From Octopus sinensis (lineage: Eukaryota): a DNA stretch of 64,000 nt. The position numbers were made by a program, and so were the translations under genes. Shown piece after piece: positions 12,925 to 28,943 of this stretch. The first letter of the stretch is position 1, and the number at the start of each line of letters is the position of its first letter. Below the pieces are notes generated by a model that ran no database searches, was not told the origin of the DNA, and was given only the letters and a program-made list of their open reading frames with translations. The stretch is taken from the NCBI RefSeq assembly GCF_006345805.1, contig NC_043000.1:107818001-107882000 (forward strand), in the 5' to 3' direction.

Positions 12925-13278
12925 GTGGCATTTCACCCAATTTAGAAGTTATTATTTGGAGGTGCATGGCTCAGCGACAAGAGCATCGGGGTTACAATCG
13001 TGAGGCTGTGAGTTCGATTCCCACACTGGGCTGAGTGTTCACCCAGTTCGTTCAGGAATCGCATGGTTATTCGGTCAGGAATAACCATGCGATTGCACCT
13101 AGGCCAATACAACTCGGCACCAGTAACATCACAATCCATTTCTACAGCTGAACGAACTGGGTGAACACTCAGCCCAGTGTGGGAATCGAACTCACAGCCT
13201 CACGATTGTAAGCCCGATGCTCTTGTCGCTGAGACATGCACCTCCAAATAATAACTTCTAAATTGGGTGAAATGCCAC
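12925..13278. repeat. Near-perfect 131-bp inverted repeat with a nested 16-bp hairpin
   Basis: Arms 12925-13055 and 13148-13278 show 2 mismatches. Inner hairpin aatcgcatggttattc-ggtcag-gaataaccatgcgatt at 13057-13094. Confidence 0.95.
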
Positions 13279-13387
13279 AAACGAAATGTTTTGCTCAAGA
13301 ACAAAACGCGTCGCCCAGTCCAGGGATCGAAACCACAATCTTACGACCATGATGCTGACACCCTAACTACTAAGCCGTGCGCTTCCG
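13279..13387 (-). mobile_element. SINE family D head, truncated at the fold-back
   Basis: tgttttgctcaagaac...gatcgaaaccacaatcttacg...actaagccgtgcgcttcc. Confidence 0.8.
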
Positions 13388-13686
13388 CAATCACTCTTCA
13401 TACTATCGTGCAAATGTTTTACTGGATATTTTTCATGAACAGAAGTTCCCTTGTTATTCTAATCATAAACAAACCTTGTGTCTTGTTTAATTAGCTTTAC
13501 ATTGCTTCATGTCACAGCATATGACCAGAGTGGTTAATTTATAATTTAGAAACAATTTAAGAATGAGAGTAACAGATGTTTATTGAGTACCGGCACGTAC
13601 TTGAGCAATATTCAACAGCAAAGTTGTAGTTTATTATAGAAAAGGAGAAATAGTTTGGAGAATAACATATTGCCTTACCTGAATGG

Positions 13687-16110
<2,424 letters not shown>

Positions 16111-16239
16111 TTATATATATCTTTTAATTTATGTAGGCGGTATTTATATGTATTGAAATCGAAATCAAATTTAGCGAATAAGCGAAGAGATACGGCGTAG
16201 GCAGTTCGTATGACGATATATGGATATAAACTGGCATGT

Positions 16240-16278
<39 letters not shown>

Positions 16279-16419
16279 TGTGTGTGTGTGTAGGTGTGTA
16301 CGCGCGCACGCGTGTGTGTATGTGTGTATGTTATACACAGCCCAAAAGAGTTGATAAGATACTCTCTATATAATTTCTGGGAATGAAGCTTCTGGTCTAG
16401 CTATATGAACTTGTGAAGT

Positions 16420-16640
16420 GGTGATGGGGAGAGAGACAAACAGACACACACATACATAGATATATAGACATATATATATATATATACGACAAGTTTTTTT
16501 CAGTTTTTGTCTACCAAACTTACTCACAAGTCTTTGGTCACTTCTGGAGGCAATCGTAGAAGACACTTGTCCTAGGAGCTACACAGTGGGACTGAACCCG
16601 GAGCCATGTAAGAAGTAAGCTCCTTACCACACAGCCACAC
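16420..16640 (-). mobile_element. SINE family B 5' half
   Basis: cagtttttgtctaccaaacttactcacaag...cagtgggactgaacccgg...ccttaccacacagccac. Confidence 0.85.
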
Positions 16641-17054
16641 ATTATATGCATCCACATAGTCTGTTATACACACACACAGACACATACACACACAGTTAAT
16701 TTAACTACTCACCGATATATGTTTATTGGTGCTTTTCTGAGTCACATTTGGTTATAATACGGCAGTATGTGTGAGCGCGCGCGCGCGTGTGTGTATGTGT
16801 GTGTGTGTGACTGTGTGTGTGCGTGTACTAATCAAACACCCACCCAAGACTGTAGAATGGATAAGTTGTCTGAGATAGAACGCTAGAATACAAAACAATG
16901 ATACGAAACACTGAACTACATGGTCAAGTGGCAAACTTGTAATCCACACACCCATGGTTGCGTTACTTGCGAATAACCTTGGCACCGAATTGTGTACAAT
17001 GTTCTACAAGCCAATATGCAAGCAGCAAAATTTCTTGCCTAATAAAATTCATTT

Positions 17055-17120
17055 TTCCATTATGATAAAATTCCATTATGATAAAATTCCATTATGATAA
17101 AATTCATTCTTCCACTATGA
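17055..17120. repeat. 17-bp minisatellite (ttccattatgataaaa), about 3-4 copies
   Basis: Seen directly. Confidence 0.9.
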
Positions 17121-17573
17121 TATTTCTATCAAAGACTTACAGACGGTTTCTCATAATTCATTTCTCTTTTGTGTTTGAAACACAACACTTGTACTAATCG
17201 AGATGGGGACCTCTTGATAAGCATTGATCCGGTTAGAAACAATAGTCAAACATATATCGGATAACGTCACGCTGTGTAACACAAGGAAGAATACTACATG
17301 AGGTTGTAAATATAATACTGGATATATGTAACGCCACAGAAACATGAATGGGTGGGTGGGGGTTTCTGCTACGCGTCCTTCCCCTACCAACACACACACA
17401 CACACACACACATACACACACTCATGCACATACATATGTGTACAAATATGATAGACCTTCGGTCGATATGGCTGTGGTGTAATCACCGCTATGTATGTAT
17501 ATATAAACGTGTGTGTGTGTGTGTGTGCGTATGCACATATGATCATACACATGTTTTTGTACACATACATATA

Positions 17574-17649
<76 letters not shown>

Positions 17650-17772
17650 CGAAAGAAGGTTTGAAAATGCAATTTAAAAGATGTTTATTTACTTAACCGG
17701 TTTCACTCTTTGGAAAAAGATTGTCAAAAGTAACATAGAATATTATGAATTCAAAAAGGTTTTTTACATAAT

Positions 17773-18055
17773 TGCCACATAACATGTATATATACAGTCT
17801 TTAGTAATAGGGACATGTTAAGGACATAAAGAAGTACAACAGTGTGATGAGAATATTTGAAAAAATGGGCAGAAAAGAATAAAACAAATATATTATTGGA
17901 AGTTTGGTTGCGTTAATTATTGGTTGTTGCAAATTGCCACATTACATGTATATAAACAGTCTTTGGTAACAAGGACATGCTAATGACATAAGAAAGTACA
18001 ACAGTATGATGAGAATATCTGAAAAAATGGGCAGAAAAGATTAAAATGAATATAT
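17773..18055. repeat. ~160-bp-period tandem duplication
   Basis: attgccacat.acatgtatata.acagtcttt...gagaatat.tgaaaaaatgggcagaaaaga occurs twice. Confidence 0.9.
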
Positions 18056-18246
18056 ATATATATATATATATTAATAATATGAGGGAATATTATTCTACCA
18101 AATATATACGTTTTATTTATTATTTTGCACATTACTTAATCATCGTTCTGTTTTATCTTATATTTAATCTTTCTATAATATGTAATTTTTCTAAATGGTA
18201 TAATTAAACTCTTCCTTATTGAATTATAAAAGGTGTTTTTTTTCTC

Positions 18247-18329
<83 letters not shown>

Positions 18330-19013
18330 ATATTGCGGCACACGATTGGTTACTTTGCTAATTCTATGTTTAGGCACACCCTCTTGATTGTTCAAATATG
18401 CAAATGTCTTGCGGTTTCTTGAATTCATTACAGGAGGATTTCTAAATGACTAATAGCAGGTACCTCGTGAAAAAGAACACTGAATAATTATGTAACAAAT
18501 TAAAGTTATATAATGTGCGTTTGGTGCACCTTTTAAAAAACGTGTAGTACAATAATTACCTATTCCATTCCTTTCGTCCATACATTTTATAAACATACAA
18601 CATTGACGAAGCAGTCCTTTGTACCACAGCAATAACTACAATATACTTGATTACATTGATTTGATACAAATGAAATCATGAAAGGCATCATTCTTACAGT
18701 CTTGCTGTGCTTGGGAAGAACACGGGTGCTGCCCACTCCTCCGGATAGAACTACTAATAAAAGGTGTCCAATAGTCTTATTGCGTACTTTGGCTAGAAAC
18801 TGTAACCTCCGTATTTTGACAAGTATTTATGTAACTTTAACTGGAGAATGTTCTTTAAGGGAGGTGAGGAGATATAAATGTAAATATTACATAACATCAC
18901 TGCGGAGGGAAAAGAAATGCAAGTACATTTTAATGGCATTAATGTGCAGAAAAAATAAAAGAGAGAGAGAGTGAGTGAGAGTGAGAGAGAAAGAGAATGA
19001 GAGAGATATATAT

Positions 19014-19048
<35 letters not shown>

Positions 19049-20302
19049 AAGCGAAAAAAAAGAGGGAGAGAGTGTTTCTTTTTGGGGCCATTTTAAGTTC
19101 TGTTGACTGCTCAGATAAGCTGTACCGGTCTGGTGACAGTAAATATACTTATATTTTAGCTGTACCATTACAAATAAGACTTCAACTTTAAAAAAGCAGA
19201 CTATGTGCTTTTAAACATGACTGTCTTCTTTTTCTGCTTCTACTCGATTTGGATGTTTAAATTGCACGACAATCCTGGAATCTCGTAGTTTTCCATTCTC
19301 AAGATTCAAATAGAATAAGATTTGTTGGGACGTATCATAATGAAATTAAAGTTATATAATGATGATCTGTTGATTGTGAAATCTGTCTTCATCTAACGAT
19401 CTGAGACTAACCGTATACAAGGCATACATCTTTTGGTTGTAAGTTTAGCAATCTTGAACCTTGCGAGCATTTCGTGGTCACGCGGACAAAATCTAGTAAA
19501 TAGTTCAGAAGGAAATAGAAATCGTATACTGAACAAAATATAATGATATATCTTGATTTAAAGAAATCTGTGATTATAATGTACAGCCTCTGTGATTTCT
19601 TATACCGCTCAAAACCCTTAATAAACTGTTTCTTTCTTGTCTTAGCTTCTATAGACACCGATGCATAAACGTGTTTCTTCCTTCTTTTCATGTAGTTTCC
19701 ACAGAAAGTATAAACCTATTCCTTTTTATTTAATTCAGAAAAGTATATATGGGAACCTTTTCATCATTAACTTCGGAATAGCCGTGATAAAAATAATTAT
19801 GTCAAAAACAATTTTCCCAAAAGTTGATATAGAAAGTCAGCTATTAATGGTATGTGCCTGATATAAATCATTAACTATAAAGTTTAGAATCTAAATGTAC
19901 GTAGGAGAGTGCATAAAATATAAAAGAACACGAAAGAAAAACTTTGAAAAGTGTATTAGTGTAGGCTGACAACAATACTACTGTGGTATTTCACTATGCA
20001 ACATAAAATGGCAGCCATTAGCACCATGGCATATGACAATAAATGTCCCAATGTAATAAGTCTGTATATCTCCATAGATATGACAAAACAACTGGATATT
20101 TTCCATTGGGAAATATGCAGACAGCTGGACATTCCTATTCAGAAGCGAGATCTGCATAAATATTAGGCAGTTGTTGGAATTCAGTAATGGAACAATATTT
20201 TGTGTCACGCCAAGAAAGGAGACAAAGAGCGGTCGTCGATTCATATTATTTTCAAAACTCCATCATGTACTCTGTAATGCACAAAAGTATCAATCTATCT
20301 GT

Positions 20303-20409
<107 letters not shown>

Positions 20410-20417
20410 ATTTGATT

Positions 20418-20660
20418 GTGACTGCGTGGTAAGAAGCTTGTTTCCCAACCCCATGGTTCTGGGTTCAGTCCCACTTGCGCAAGGTGTCATGCAATGGTGC
20501 CTTGGGCAAGTATCTTCTACTAAAGCCTCGGGCCGACCAAAGCCTTGTGATTGGATTTGGTTGACGGAAACTGAAAGAAGCCCGTCGTATACATATATAT
20601 ATATATATACATGTGTGTGTGTGTGTGTTTGTGTCTTTGTGTCTGTATTTGTACCCCCAC
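20418..20660 (+). mobile_element. SINE family B 5' half
   Basis: gtggtaagaagcttgtttcccaacc...gggttcagtccc...ccttgggcaagtatcttctac...gaaagaagcccgtcgtata. Confidence 0.9.
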
Positions 20661-20678
20661 CACACACACGCGCGCACT

Positions 20679-20709
<31 letters not shown>

Positions 20710-21069
20710 AAACACACACATACTCTCCTACGCATGCATGCACACAGACATGACAAATGTAAATAGACAACTCTTATAATTGAAGTTTATTTAAATCTGA
20801 AATTATACATTCAAATTATTTATTATTATAATGTAAATGATGATATAATGTAAACTTTTAAACTGTCATATACATTATGTATTTATACCTATACATATTT
20901 ACATATATTTTTATACATATTTATATTTATTTATTTAAATATTTTTAATCCAACTATTATTTTTCACACGTGTATCTTTCTGAGGAGTTTGGATATTGAT
21001 TTCCTTATATTAATAATAATATATTTAAAAAAAAATACATATGTATATTATGTAAATACCTATTATTTG

Positions 21070-21850
21070 CTACACATCCCCTTCACATTTGTTCGAATGC
21101 AAGGACCCTATTAGGCATGCTACTGATCATGGGACGAATATTCTGATGTTTTAATACCATTCCTTTCCAACCAGTCTTTGGTCTTTTTAGCCATGTGACA
21201 AGGAAACACACCTTCCATAAATAAAGTCTTCTTTAAACATTTCACCACTGAATATTTATCTTGAGTTTATATTTTCTTCACATTACACCAGCACTGATCC
21301 CACCATTGCTTCAAATTTCTCCCCAGACATCACAGAATAGCTGCAGTGTTTCATTGTAGGCTGCAATCTTTTCACGCGAAATTCTTGATCTCTGAGTTTC
21401 CAGACACACACCCGACCACTGTCAGAAAATAGAGCAAATCTCGACTCATCACAGAATATGACAGTGGCCTTTCCACCATCTCACTGGCCCAATCATTTTT
21501 CCGCTTGATATTGGCTGGTTGAAGAAGTGGCTTCTTTCTTGCTGCTCTGCCATAGTAGCCAAGTTTGTAGAGATACCTAGCAGCTGCTCTGGGACCCTAA
21601 ATCAACTTGTTCTGCTATGTTATAGGCCTTGTAATGAGGATTATCCTCTTAACAGAGGGCTCTGGTCAACCTTGGTGAAGTGATTTTGACTCCTTCTCTT
21701 CTCTGGTGAATTGCACAGTCATTCTATTAACTGTATAAAGCGGAATCTCAAGGTTTTCTGCGATTTTACACGAAGTCCACCTTCAGATTGGCCCACAATA
21801 CATCCTCTTTGAAATTCGGTCAGTTCCAAGGCTTCTTTTGTATGTGGCAT
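21070..21850 (-). mobile_element. Tc1-family transposase relic (pseudogene)
   Basis: From ATG at 21850: MPHTKEALELTEFQRGCIVGQSEGG / RKIAENLEIPLYTVNR / LGYYGRAARKKPLL / VIFCDESRFALFSDSGRVCVWK / FMEGVFPCHMAKKTKDWLERNGIK. This is the HTH plus the first two DDE acidic motifs (second decayed to G), with frameshifts. Confidence 0.9.
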
Positions 21851-22529
21851 TATTAAACAGTCACCTATAGAACCTGGAACATAAAAATGTCAATTACTAA
21901 AAAGATATAAACCTTTTCAAGTTAAAATAGACATAAAACGATGTTTTATGAGTTGTCTATTTACTTCTGTCATGTATATAAATATATGTATATATTATTG
22001 AACCCGGAATGTAGAGAGAAATGCAAACACGCAAATACACTGTTATTATATACAATACGTGGTAGGCAACAAAGGAAATATAATCCGAATTTGTTTCAAT
22101 TCTGAGTTGATGCACTAACCATTGAGTCCCCTCTTCAAGAGTTCGCAGTAATAATGCTTGGAAATCCTTTAAGCCTTAGAGCTTAAGTAAACGGGATAGA
22201 GTGATATAAATACATAATGCATTCATGACAGGCAGCACGATTAATGAATTACTGGTTCGTTAACAGCATTCATTTTACTTTTAAAATGAACTATAAGTCT
22301 TAGCCAAATCCAACACTGTATTTAACGACATAGGTAGAGACCTTTCGTTTATATACAATATTTTCATGGACTCTAAAAGAGGAATCAAACCTGATTAGTT
22401 TCACTCTTCTGTTGGAATTTCAACCTTGACAGTATAACCTCTTTAAATGACCACACTACAGACTGATTATAAACCGATTATTACTGAGGGATCTTCAATT
22501 TAATATAGTCACTATTGTAAGTGTATATG

Positions 22530-22775
22530 TGAGGCGCGTGGCTTAGTGGCTGGGGTGTTGGACTCATGATACTAAGATTGTAATTTCGATTTTTGGACAG
22601 AATGATGCGTTGTGTTCTTGAGCAAAACACTTCATTTTACGTTGCTCCATTTCACTCAACTGGCAAAAATGAGTATTTTTGCGACTGACCAGCGTCCCGT
22701 CCAAGGGGGAATTATATTCTGCAGAAGCCGGGAAACCGGCCCTATGAATCTATATGACTGGAGAAGGAACATTAT
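22530..22775 (+). mobile_element. SINE family D
   Basis: gaggcgcgtggcttagtgg...gtgttcttgagcaaaacacttc...cccgtccaagggg. Confidence 0.8.
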
Positions 22776-23559
22776 CCCTTTTATTATTGGTATACCATAG
22801 AGAGGTAACCTAGCAGAATCGTTTGAGCGTTGGATAATTACTTTGCGGTGTTTCTTTTGGATTTCAGATGCTATCAAGGTCAGCTTTATCTATCATCCTT
22901 ACGGGATTGCTAAAGGAAAGCACGATCCAAGTACTGGGGGGGGGCGACGTCAATGACTTACTCTGTCCGCTCGAAATTGCGAGCCTTGTGTCTAAATTAA
23001 AAGCCGTTGTTAGTTTCGATGCTCACCTCTCAATCATAGTATCATGGGTTCAGTTACTGGTGCGCTGTCTCCTTGAGTAAGGCACTTCATATCACCTTGT
23101 CGCAGGTCAGACAGCCGAGTGCCAACAGAATGTTGGTGCAGTTCTCTCTCTTTCTCTCTTTTTATCCTTCCAGCTTGTTCATCTTGAATGAGCCGTTAGG
23201 TCAGAATGTGGAAGACGCAAGAGAGTGTCTATGTCTACTCATGACTACATAGGCATCTAAAGCAATCAGCGAAAGCATGATAGATAAATGCTAGCAAACT
23301 ATTTTCCGTCACTGGTGACAGATCGCTCTATAATAAAACACACGATAATATCTATTTACACATAAGCTATATTCCTTTTAAATATAGTGACCGAACCTCA
23401 AAAGGGAGTGGTTTAGTTTACTAAGACTTTTCCTACTGACATTGTAGCGGCTGGGTAGAATTAGTAAAGAGTCAGACAAAATAACCTGTAGTATGTAGAC
23501 ACGTTTATGTTTTGAGTTCAAATCCCATCTATGTTCATTTTTGTTTCTATCTTTCTGAA

Positions 23560-23750
23560 TTTGATCTGATGGACTTCGGAGCAGATGGAGTAAACTCAAA
23601 AAATCTGGTTTTGAAGATGCTTTCTTTTTCTTTCTATGAAGTATTCTGTCCGTTATGCCACAGAAGTGTTCAATAGAGTTCATATCTGGTGACTGGTTTG
23701 ACTATGGAAGCCTTTTAATACCATTCCTTTCCAACCAGTCTTTGGTGTTG
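23560..23750 (-). mobile_element. Tc1-family transposase C-terminal fragment
   Basis: NTKDWLERNGIKRLP*SNQSPDMNSIEHFCGITDRILHRKKKKASSKPDF (SPDLNPIE motif). Shares ttttaataccattcctttccaaccagtctttggt with 21151-21184. Confidence 0.85.
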
Positions 23751-24497
23751 GAGACCAGTGAAAATTATAGGAATATATTGTGCTTCGCTTCGTTCCCTGG
23801 AATTGTTATTAGTAATACTGCTTTACTTAAAAGGATTGATTACTTTTAAATAATGTATATTGACAGAAGAAAATAATGTAGCATCGTATGTAAATAATAG
23901 TGTAGAAATGCAACCAGAAGCAATATGCAAAAGAAGAAAAGTTAGGCTTCAAAAGTCTGAAAAATATATATGGCACCACGAGATGCAATAGTCATAATAA
24001 AACGAACACATAAGGCTTGTCAAGAAAAATCTATGGAGAAAATATTTTTTCAGGAAGTGGATGAAAGTGTGGTTGTAGATGAAATATGGTGATAAATAAA
24101 TAATTTTGACCTAAACCTTGAAACGGAAACATTGATCTCTACTGTAGAGGAGAATGAAGTGAGAACCGATGATATCAAATTCTTTATATGTATAATATCA
24201 CCCAATGCCAAGTTAGTGTAGGATACATAAATACAATGATGTATGTGACATTTAATACGCAAAGGACGTGAATGTAATCAGGGGTAATATAATACAAAAG
24301 AATTATTTCTCGCTGATTGTCTACTTAGAATTACTTGGAAGGATAAATTAAAAGGGAGACCAACGTCTTCATATAACCGATACAGGGCTCTAAAAACGCT
24401 TTGGGGTTTCGTTACCCAATGTAAGTTTTAGTTAACATGTGCATTGCGGAATATCAGGGTGTTGGAATAAAACAATGCAGAATTAAGAAAATGTGAA

Positions 24498-24528
<31 letters not shown>

Positions 24529-24841
24529 AATCCAAATTGAAGGAGTGGAGTAGGTAGGTAAGATCCAGGCAACATATGCTTCCTGGTGAGCAGAATCTCA
24601 GAAGTAATAATATTAATCAACAAGAGGTACTCCACTAGCTATTCATGAAGCCGAAGATACCTTAGTTATATGAAGGATGCATTGTTATTAAGGAATACCA
24701 AGTTAACTTGCCGGAGATCCCGGACTGCGTGAAGCTTACTGACTTCCTACACCTCGATCCTTGGATCTTACAATTACATATTTTTATAAATATTTATGTA
24801 AGTGTGTGTTTGTGTGTACGCACGTGTGCATGGGTGTACGC

Positions 24842-24900
<59 letters not shown>

Positions 24901-25421
24901 CACTAAATGCGACAAGGGTGTTAAAAACACCTACATTGCTAGAAATAAGGGCTAAAATGCTCTAAAACACATACACTAAGAATTCTCGGTCGGTATTTTC
25001 GGACTATTATGGTTCCTGTTGGTGTATATATTTTCATTCATGTGCGTTAACTACAAAATTAGAGTATTTTAGCTCCCATTTCTAGTAATGTAGGTATTTT
25101 TTAAAACCTTCGTCACGTTTAGTGACAATTATAATTCTCCTTTTTGGTCCAACATTGCAACCTGCTGTTTATATTAATTTTATGTATACACAGTGAATCA
25201 CTAAATCATCCATTAATTTGGATGACGAAAGCATATATACTAATAGAGAAACAGGTACGGAAAAAGCTGAACACCAAATTGGCTTAACTGATGGTGACAA
25301 CGGAAATTCCTGAAACTGACGTCAGCCTTACTTAAGAATTCTTGGTCGGCATGTTAGTGTATATGTTTTCATTAGAGCATTTAGAGCGGAATTAGAGCAT
25401 TTTAGCTCTTATATCTAGTAA

Positions 25422-25493
25422 TGAAATAATAATGGAGGAATGAAATAATAATGGAGGAATGAAATAATAATGGAGGAATGAAATAATAATGGT
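25422..25493. repeat. 19-bp minisatellite (tgaaataataatggaggaa), about 3.7 copies
   Basis: Seen directly. Confidence 0.92.
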
Positions 25494-25943
25494 TTCTGTA
25501 TATAATATGTTTTCTTTTAGAGACGCGGCCAGTAATTTTGAGGCAAGAATATTAGTTGATGCTATCGATTCCAGTGAGTTCGAAAGAATGAGATGTATTT
25601 AAGACTATTCTGGCTATTCCCTGTTTACCACCTTAAGTAATGGTTACTTCCATCAAGCCAGAATTTTGCTGTAGGCGAACAGTCATTGACTCCAATATCG
25701 ACCTTACAAGTTTGGAAAGTAAAGTTGACCTCGGAGGTATACGAACTTTGAACATGAAGGACTTTAACTGAGAATGAGTAACCATGAGGGGACACCAAAA
25801 TTCACTTGTAGTAGTAATAGCAGCAGTTGTGGTAATCGCTGCAGTAATAGCAACAGCTGTGGCAGCATTAGCAATTTAATATTCGCATTTGAAATAGAGG
25901 TAGTAGGACTATTACCTTTAGCAGTTGTAGCAGTATTAGTTTC

Positions 25944-26004
<61 letters not shown>

Positions 26005-26065
26005 TAATTGCCCGGAAATCTTTCGTCATGCACCCGTGATCTCTTCAGCGACACTTTTGTTAATA

Positions 26066-26097
<32 letters not shown>

Positions 26098-26302
26098 AAA
26101 AGGCCAGTAATATCGGGGTGAGAATAAGTCGATTACATCGACCCCAGTGTTTCACTGGCACTAAATTTATCGATACCAGAATGATGAATGGCAAAGTCGA
26201 CCTCGGCAGAATTTGAACTCAGAACGTAAAGATGGACGAAAAGCTGCTAAGCATTTCATCCAGCGTTATCCAGCGTGCTAACGACTCTGACAACTCACCA
26301 AC

Positions 26303-26373
<71 letters not shown>

Positions 26374-26475
26374 TATAATAATAATCCTTTATGCACATAA
26401 GGCCTGAAATTTGGGGGACGGAAATAGTCGATTACATCGACCCATGTACTCAACTGGTACTTATTTTATCGCCAT
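26098..26475 (-). mobile_element. SINE family A copy plus a 3' fragment, separated by (AAT)n
   Basis: gcaaagtcgacctcggcagaatttgaactcagaacgtaaagatggacg; second tail from 26385. Confidence 0.85.
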
Positions 26476-26484
26476 GATGATAAG

Positions 26485-26830
26485 ATCAACAAAAATGTAC
26501 TGCATGTGGTGAGAGATAAATATTCTTTAATAGATATAATACATGTTTTTATGTGCTAGTAAAAAATTCTTGTGCTGAGAACATGTCGAAATGATGCGTG
26601 CACATAAATTTTTTCGCATAAAATCTGCAGTGTGAAAAACATTTTTATTCACTCGTCCACGAGTTTTATAGATAGTCAAACTAAATTTTCATCATCTTAA
26701 TCCACTTAATAAATATTTCTGCCAAATTTGGTGAAAAACCGTTCAGTCGTTTTCCTGTAATTTTGCATAAACACAGACAAAGACGAGTGATTACAATACC
26801 CTGGCTTGCTTGCGCACGCAGAGTAATAAT
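26485..26830. mobile_element. Helentron/HINE-like non-autonomous element
   Basis: Contains the recurring motif ccaaatttggtgaaaaaccgttcagtcgttttc...acagacaaagacgagtgattacaatacc, ending near a small GC-rich hairpin (tgcgcacgca). Family assignment is from recall. Confidence 0.4.
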
Positions 26831-28777
26831 AGTTGTTAGTGTTGCTGTAGGAGTAATAGTCGTCGTTATAGTAGGAGAGATAGAAAGATTATGGCGATTG
26901 GGTGAACGCCAGATAGTATTTAATTATGGAACATTGGTTTCCTAGTTCAAAGTCTGTCAGGGTCAACAATTCCTATGTAAATTTAGAGGTCGATAAAGCA
27001 CAGAACCAGTTATATATTGTAGGGAATCTAATTGACTGTAACCTACAACAAAACGTGTGATTTGTGCGTAGGCAAGAATTCATTGTTGTTATTGATGTTG
27101 TTGAATATATTTGGGATTTATCTGTGTTTGTAGAATTGTCAGTCCTGACAAGGTGTAAGATAAACCCTGAGTGTAGATATGACACTATAGTGTCAGGTCT
27201 TCACTTTTGTTTTCTTAACACTGGCTTAAATTATGACAACGCAAAGCAAATCCATTTTAATCCATTGATGACAATGTCCGTTACCTGTCTCTTTTAAGTA
27301 ATTTGGAAATTTATGGAAGCTTCCTAGTAGTTCCAGAAATGTTTTTATTGTCTTTGAACGATGCATGGAAAATGTCGGAAACGGTATTTCCTCTTCTGTG
27401 CACTCTCATGTAAAATATATGAGAAGATAATTAATTTGACATTTGATGAAGTTTTCAAGAAATAGCATGAGAATTTCCAATTCCAAACATTGGAAAACCA
27501 CCGTATTGGTGGATTTTAAACTCTCCACTATAAATGCTTGTCAAAATAAGCTTCTACATGTTGCGATATATCTATGACTGTTTCGTTTAGGATATTTATC
27601 ATATGGAAAATGGAAGGGTTCGAGCTCTATATTCTTAAGCAATAAGACTAAAGGAAAAAGCAATGAAAATGAACAAGCAACAACGTGATATGTGGAATGT
27701 TTTAAACTAATGGTGGATATGATGAATAATGTGATAACAGCGATATGAAATAAATTTACATTATCTTCATAAAGTGTTTTTCCGCGGACAAGCTGGACTT
27801 AACTGGAGGCATATTGACCACGATATTCGATTGAGTTGTGTGGTGCGGATTAATGAACAATGGTAAATGAAGCTAGAACTAATATTATGGCAAGAGAATG
27901 GCACAAAACGTAACTTGATGAAAATAAACAAGGCATTGACATTTTCGCCGCTGAATGCTTTAAGTACGTACCGGTATCGCTCAGGGTCTATATAATAAAT
28001 CCAGTTAGTATTGGCTATGAGAACGTAACACAGAATTTATGTAAGAAGATTTAAGTGAAAAAAAATGGACGAACAGAAATGTAGTTGCGTATTATCAAGC
28101 ATTCATTATATCTATACAAAAACAAAACAAAACAAAGCACAGGGTGTGATATAACACTATTCTAGGTATGTTGTTGCCCATTTATCATGTCACACAGCTA
28201 TTCACCATAACAAGGTTTTATATCTGTAATTGTATAAATAATGTTTAATAATTTAGTTTTCATCATGATTTAGGAACAAATTAGACACTTTTCTACGACT
28301 GAGTCCGTCGATTTAATGTCATTATTGAATCATTCTGTTCTTTAAAAACAAACATATATACTGACATGTAGGCTGTTTATTTCCATTTTGTGGAGATAGG
28401 TTTATTAGAAATAATACAACACACTACTTTAATAATGCACAACTTTTTTCTGTAAGATAGATTAGTTTTCTATTGTTAGTGCCTAACTGTAACACATGCT
28501 AAACAAAAATGACACTGGTAAAGGGTGACCTAGCGAATGAAGGTATTAAAGGAACGAAAGTGTTCAATAACTAAAACAAACATACTGTATACTAAAGTAA
28601 AAAATTATGTATTGTAGACTAAATAAGAGCCCCTCTATCACAAAAACAAAGCGGTAGGTCTGAAACTTGGTAGAAGCAGAAATTCACGATGACAAGTTTG
28701 GAATTTTTCAAGAGGTCTCTCATGCATATTACCCTGCCTCAGGACTTTGCTGTTTACCAAAATAATGTATATAAAAA

Positions 28778-28943
28778 TACAGTGTACATTTAAACACATA
28801 AGAGATGGCCATAACAGGACATCTGACTCGCTAGAAAATGTAGTTAAACTACAAACCACTAAATAGTAGTAATTTCGAAAGAGAATGAAAAATAAAAACA
28901 TTTACCCTATGTCCTTTTATGGCCATCTCTTATGTACACTGTA
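28778..28943. mobile_element. Small palindromic MITE (Tc1/mariner-like ends)
   Basis: tacagtgtacat..cataagagatggccataacaggacat pairs with atgtccttttatggccatctcttatgtacactgta. Confidence 0.65.

Noticed and set aside
18678-18974. 98-aa ORF with a signal-peptide-like start (MKGIILTVLLCLG)
   Set aside because: Runs into a (GA)n repeat, has no recognisable domain and no consistent splice structure; kept only as part of an unmasked island.
26300-26390. SINE A as the non-autonomous partner of the Dong LINE, since both sit in AAT/ATT repeats
   Set aside because: In sense orientation SINE A ends in (ATT)n whereas the Dong pieces end in (TAA)n, the complementary strand; no shared 3' sequence seen.
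27250-27950. Possible RTE-clade LINE relic (ELILWQENGTKRN); similar weak hints at 24330-24400 and 32300-32450
   Set aside because: Only single short motifs, too weak to call without a profile search.
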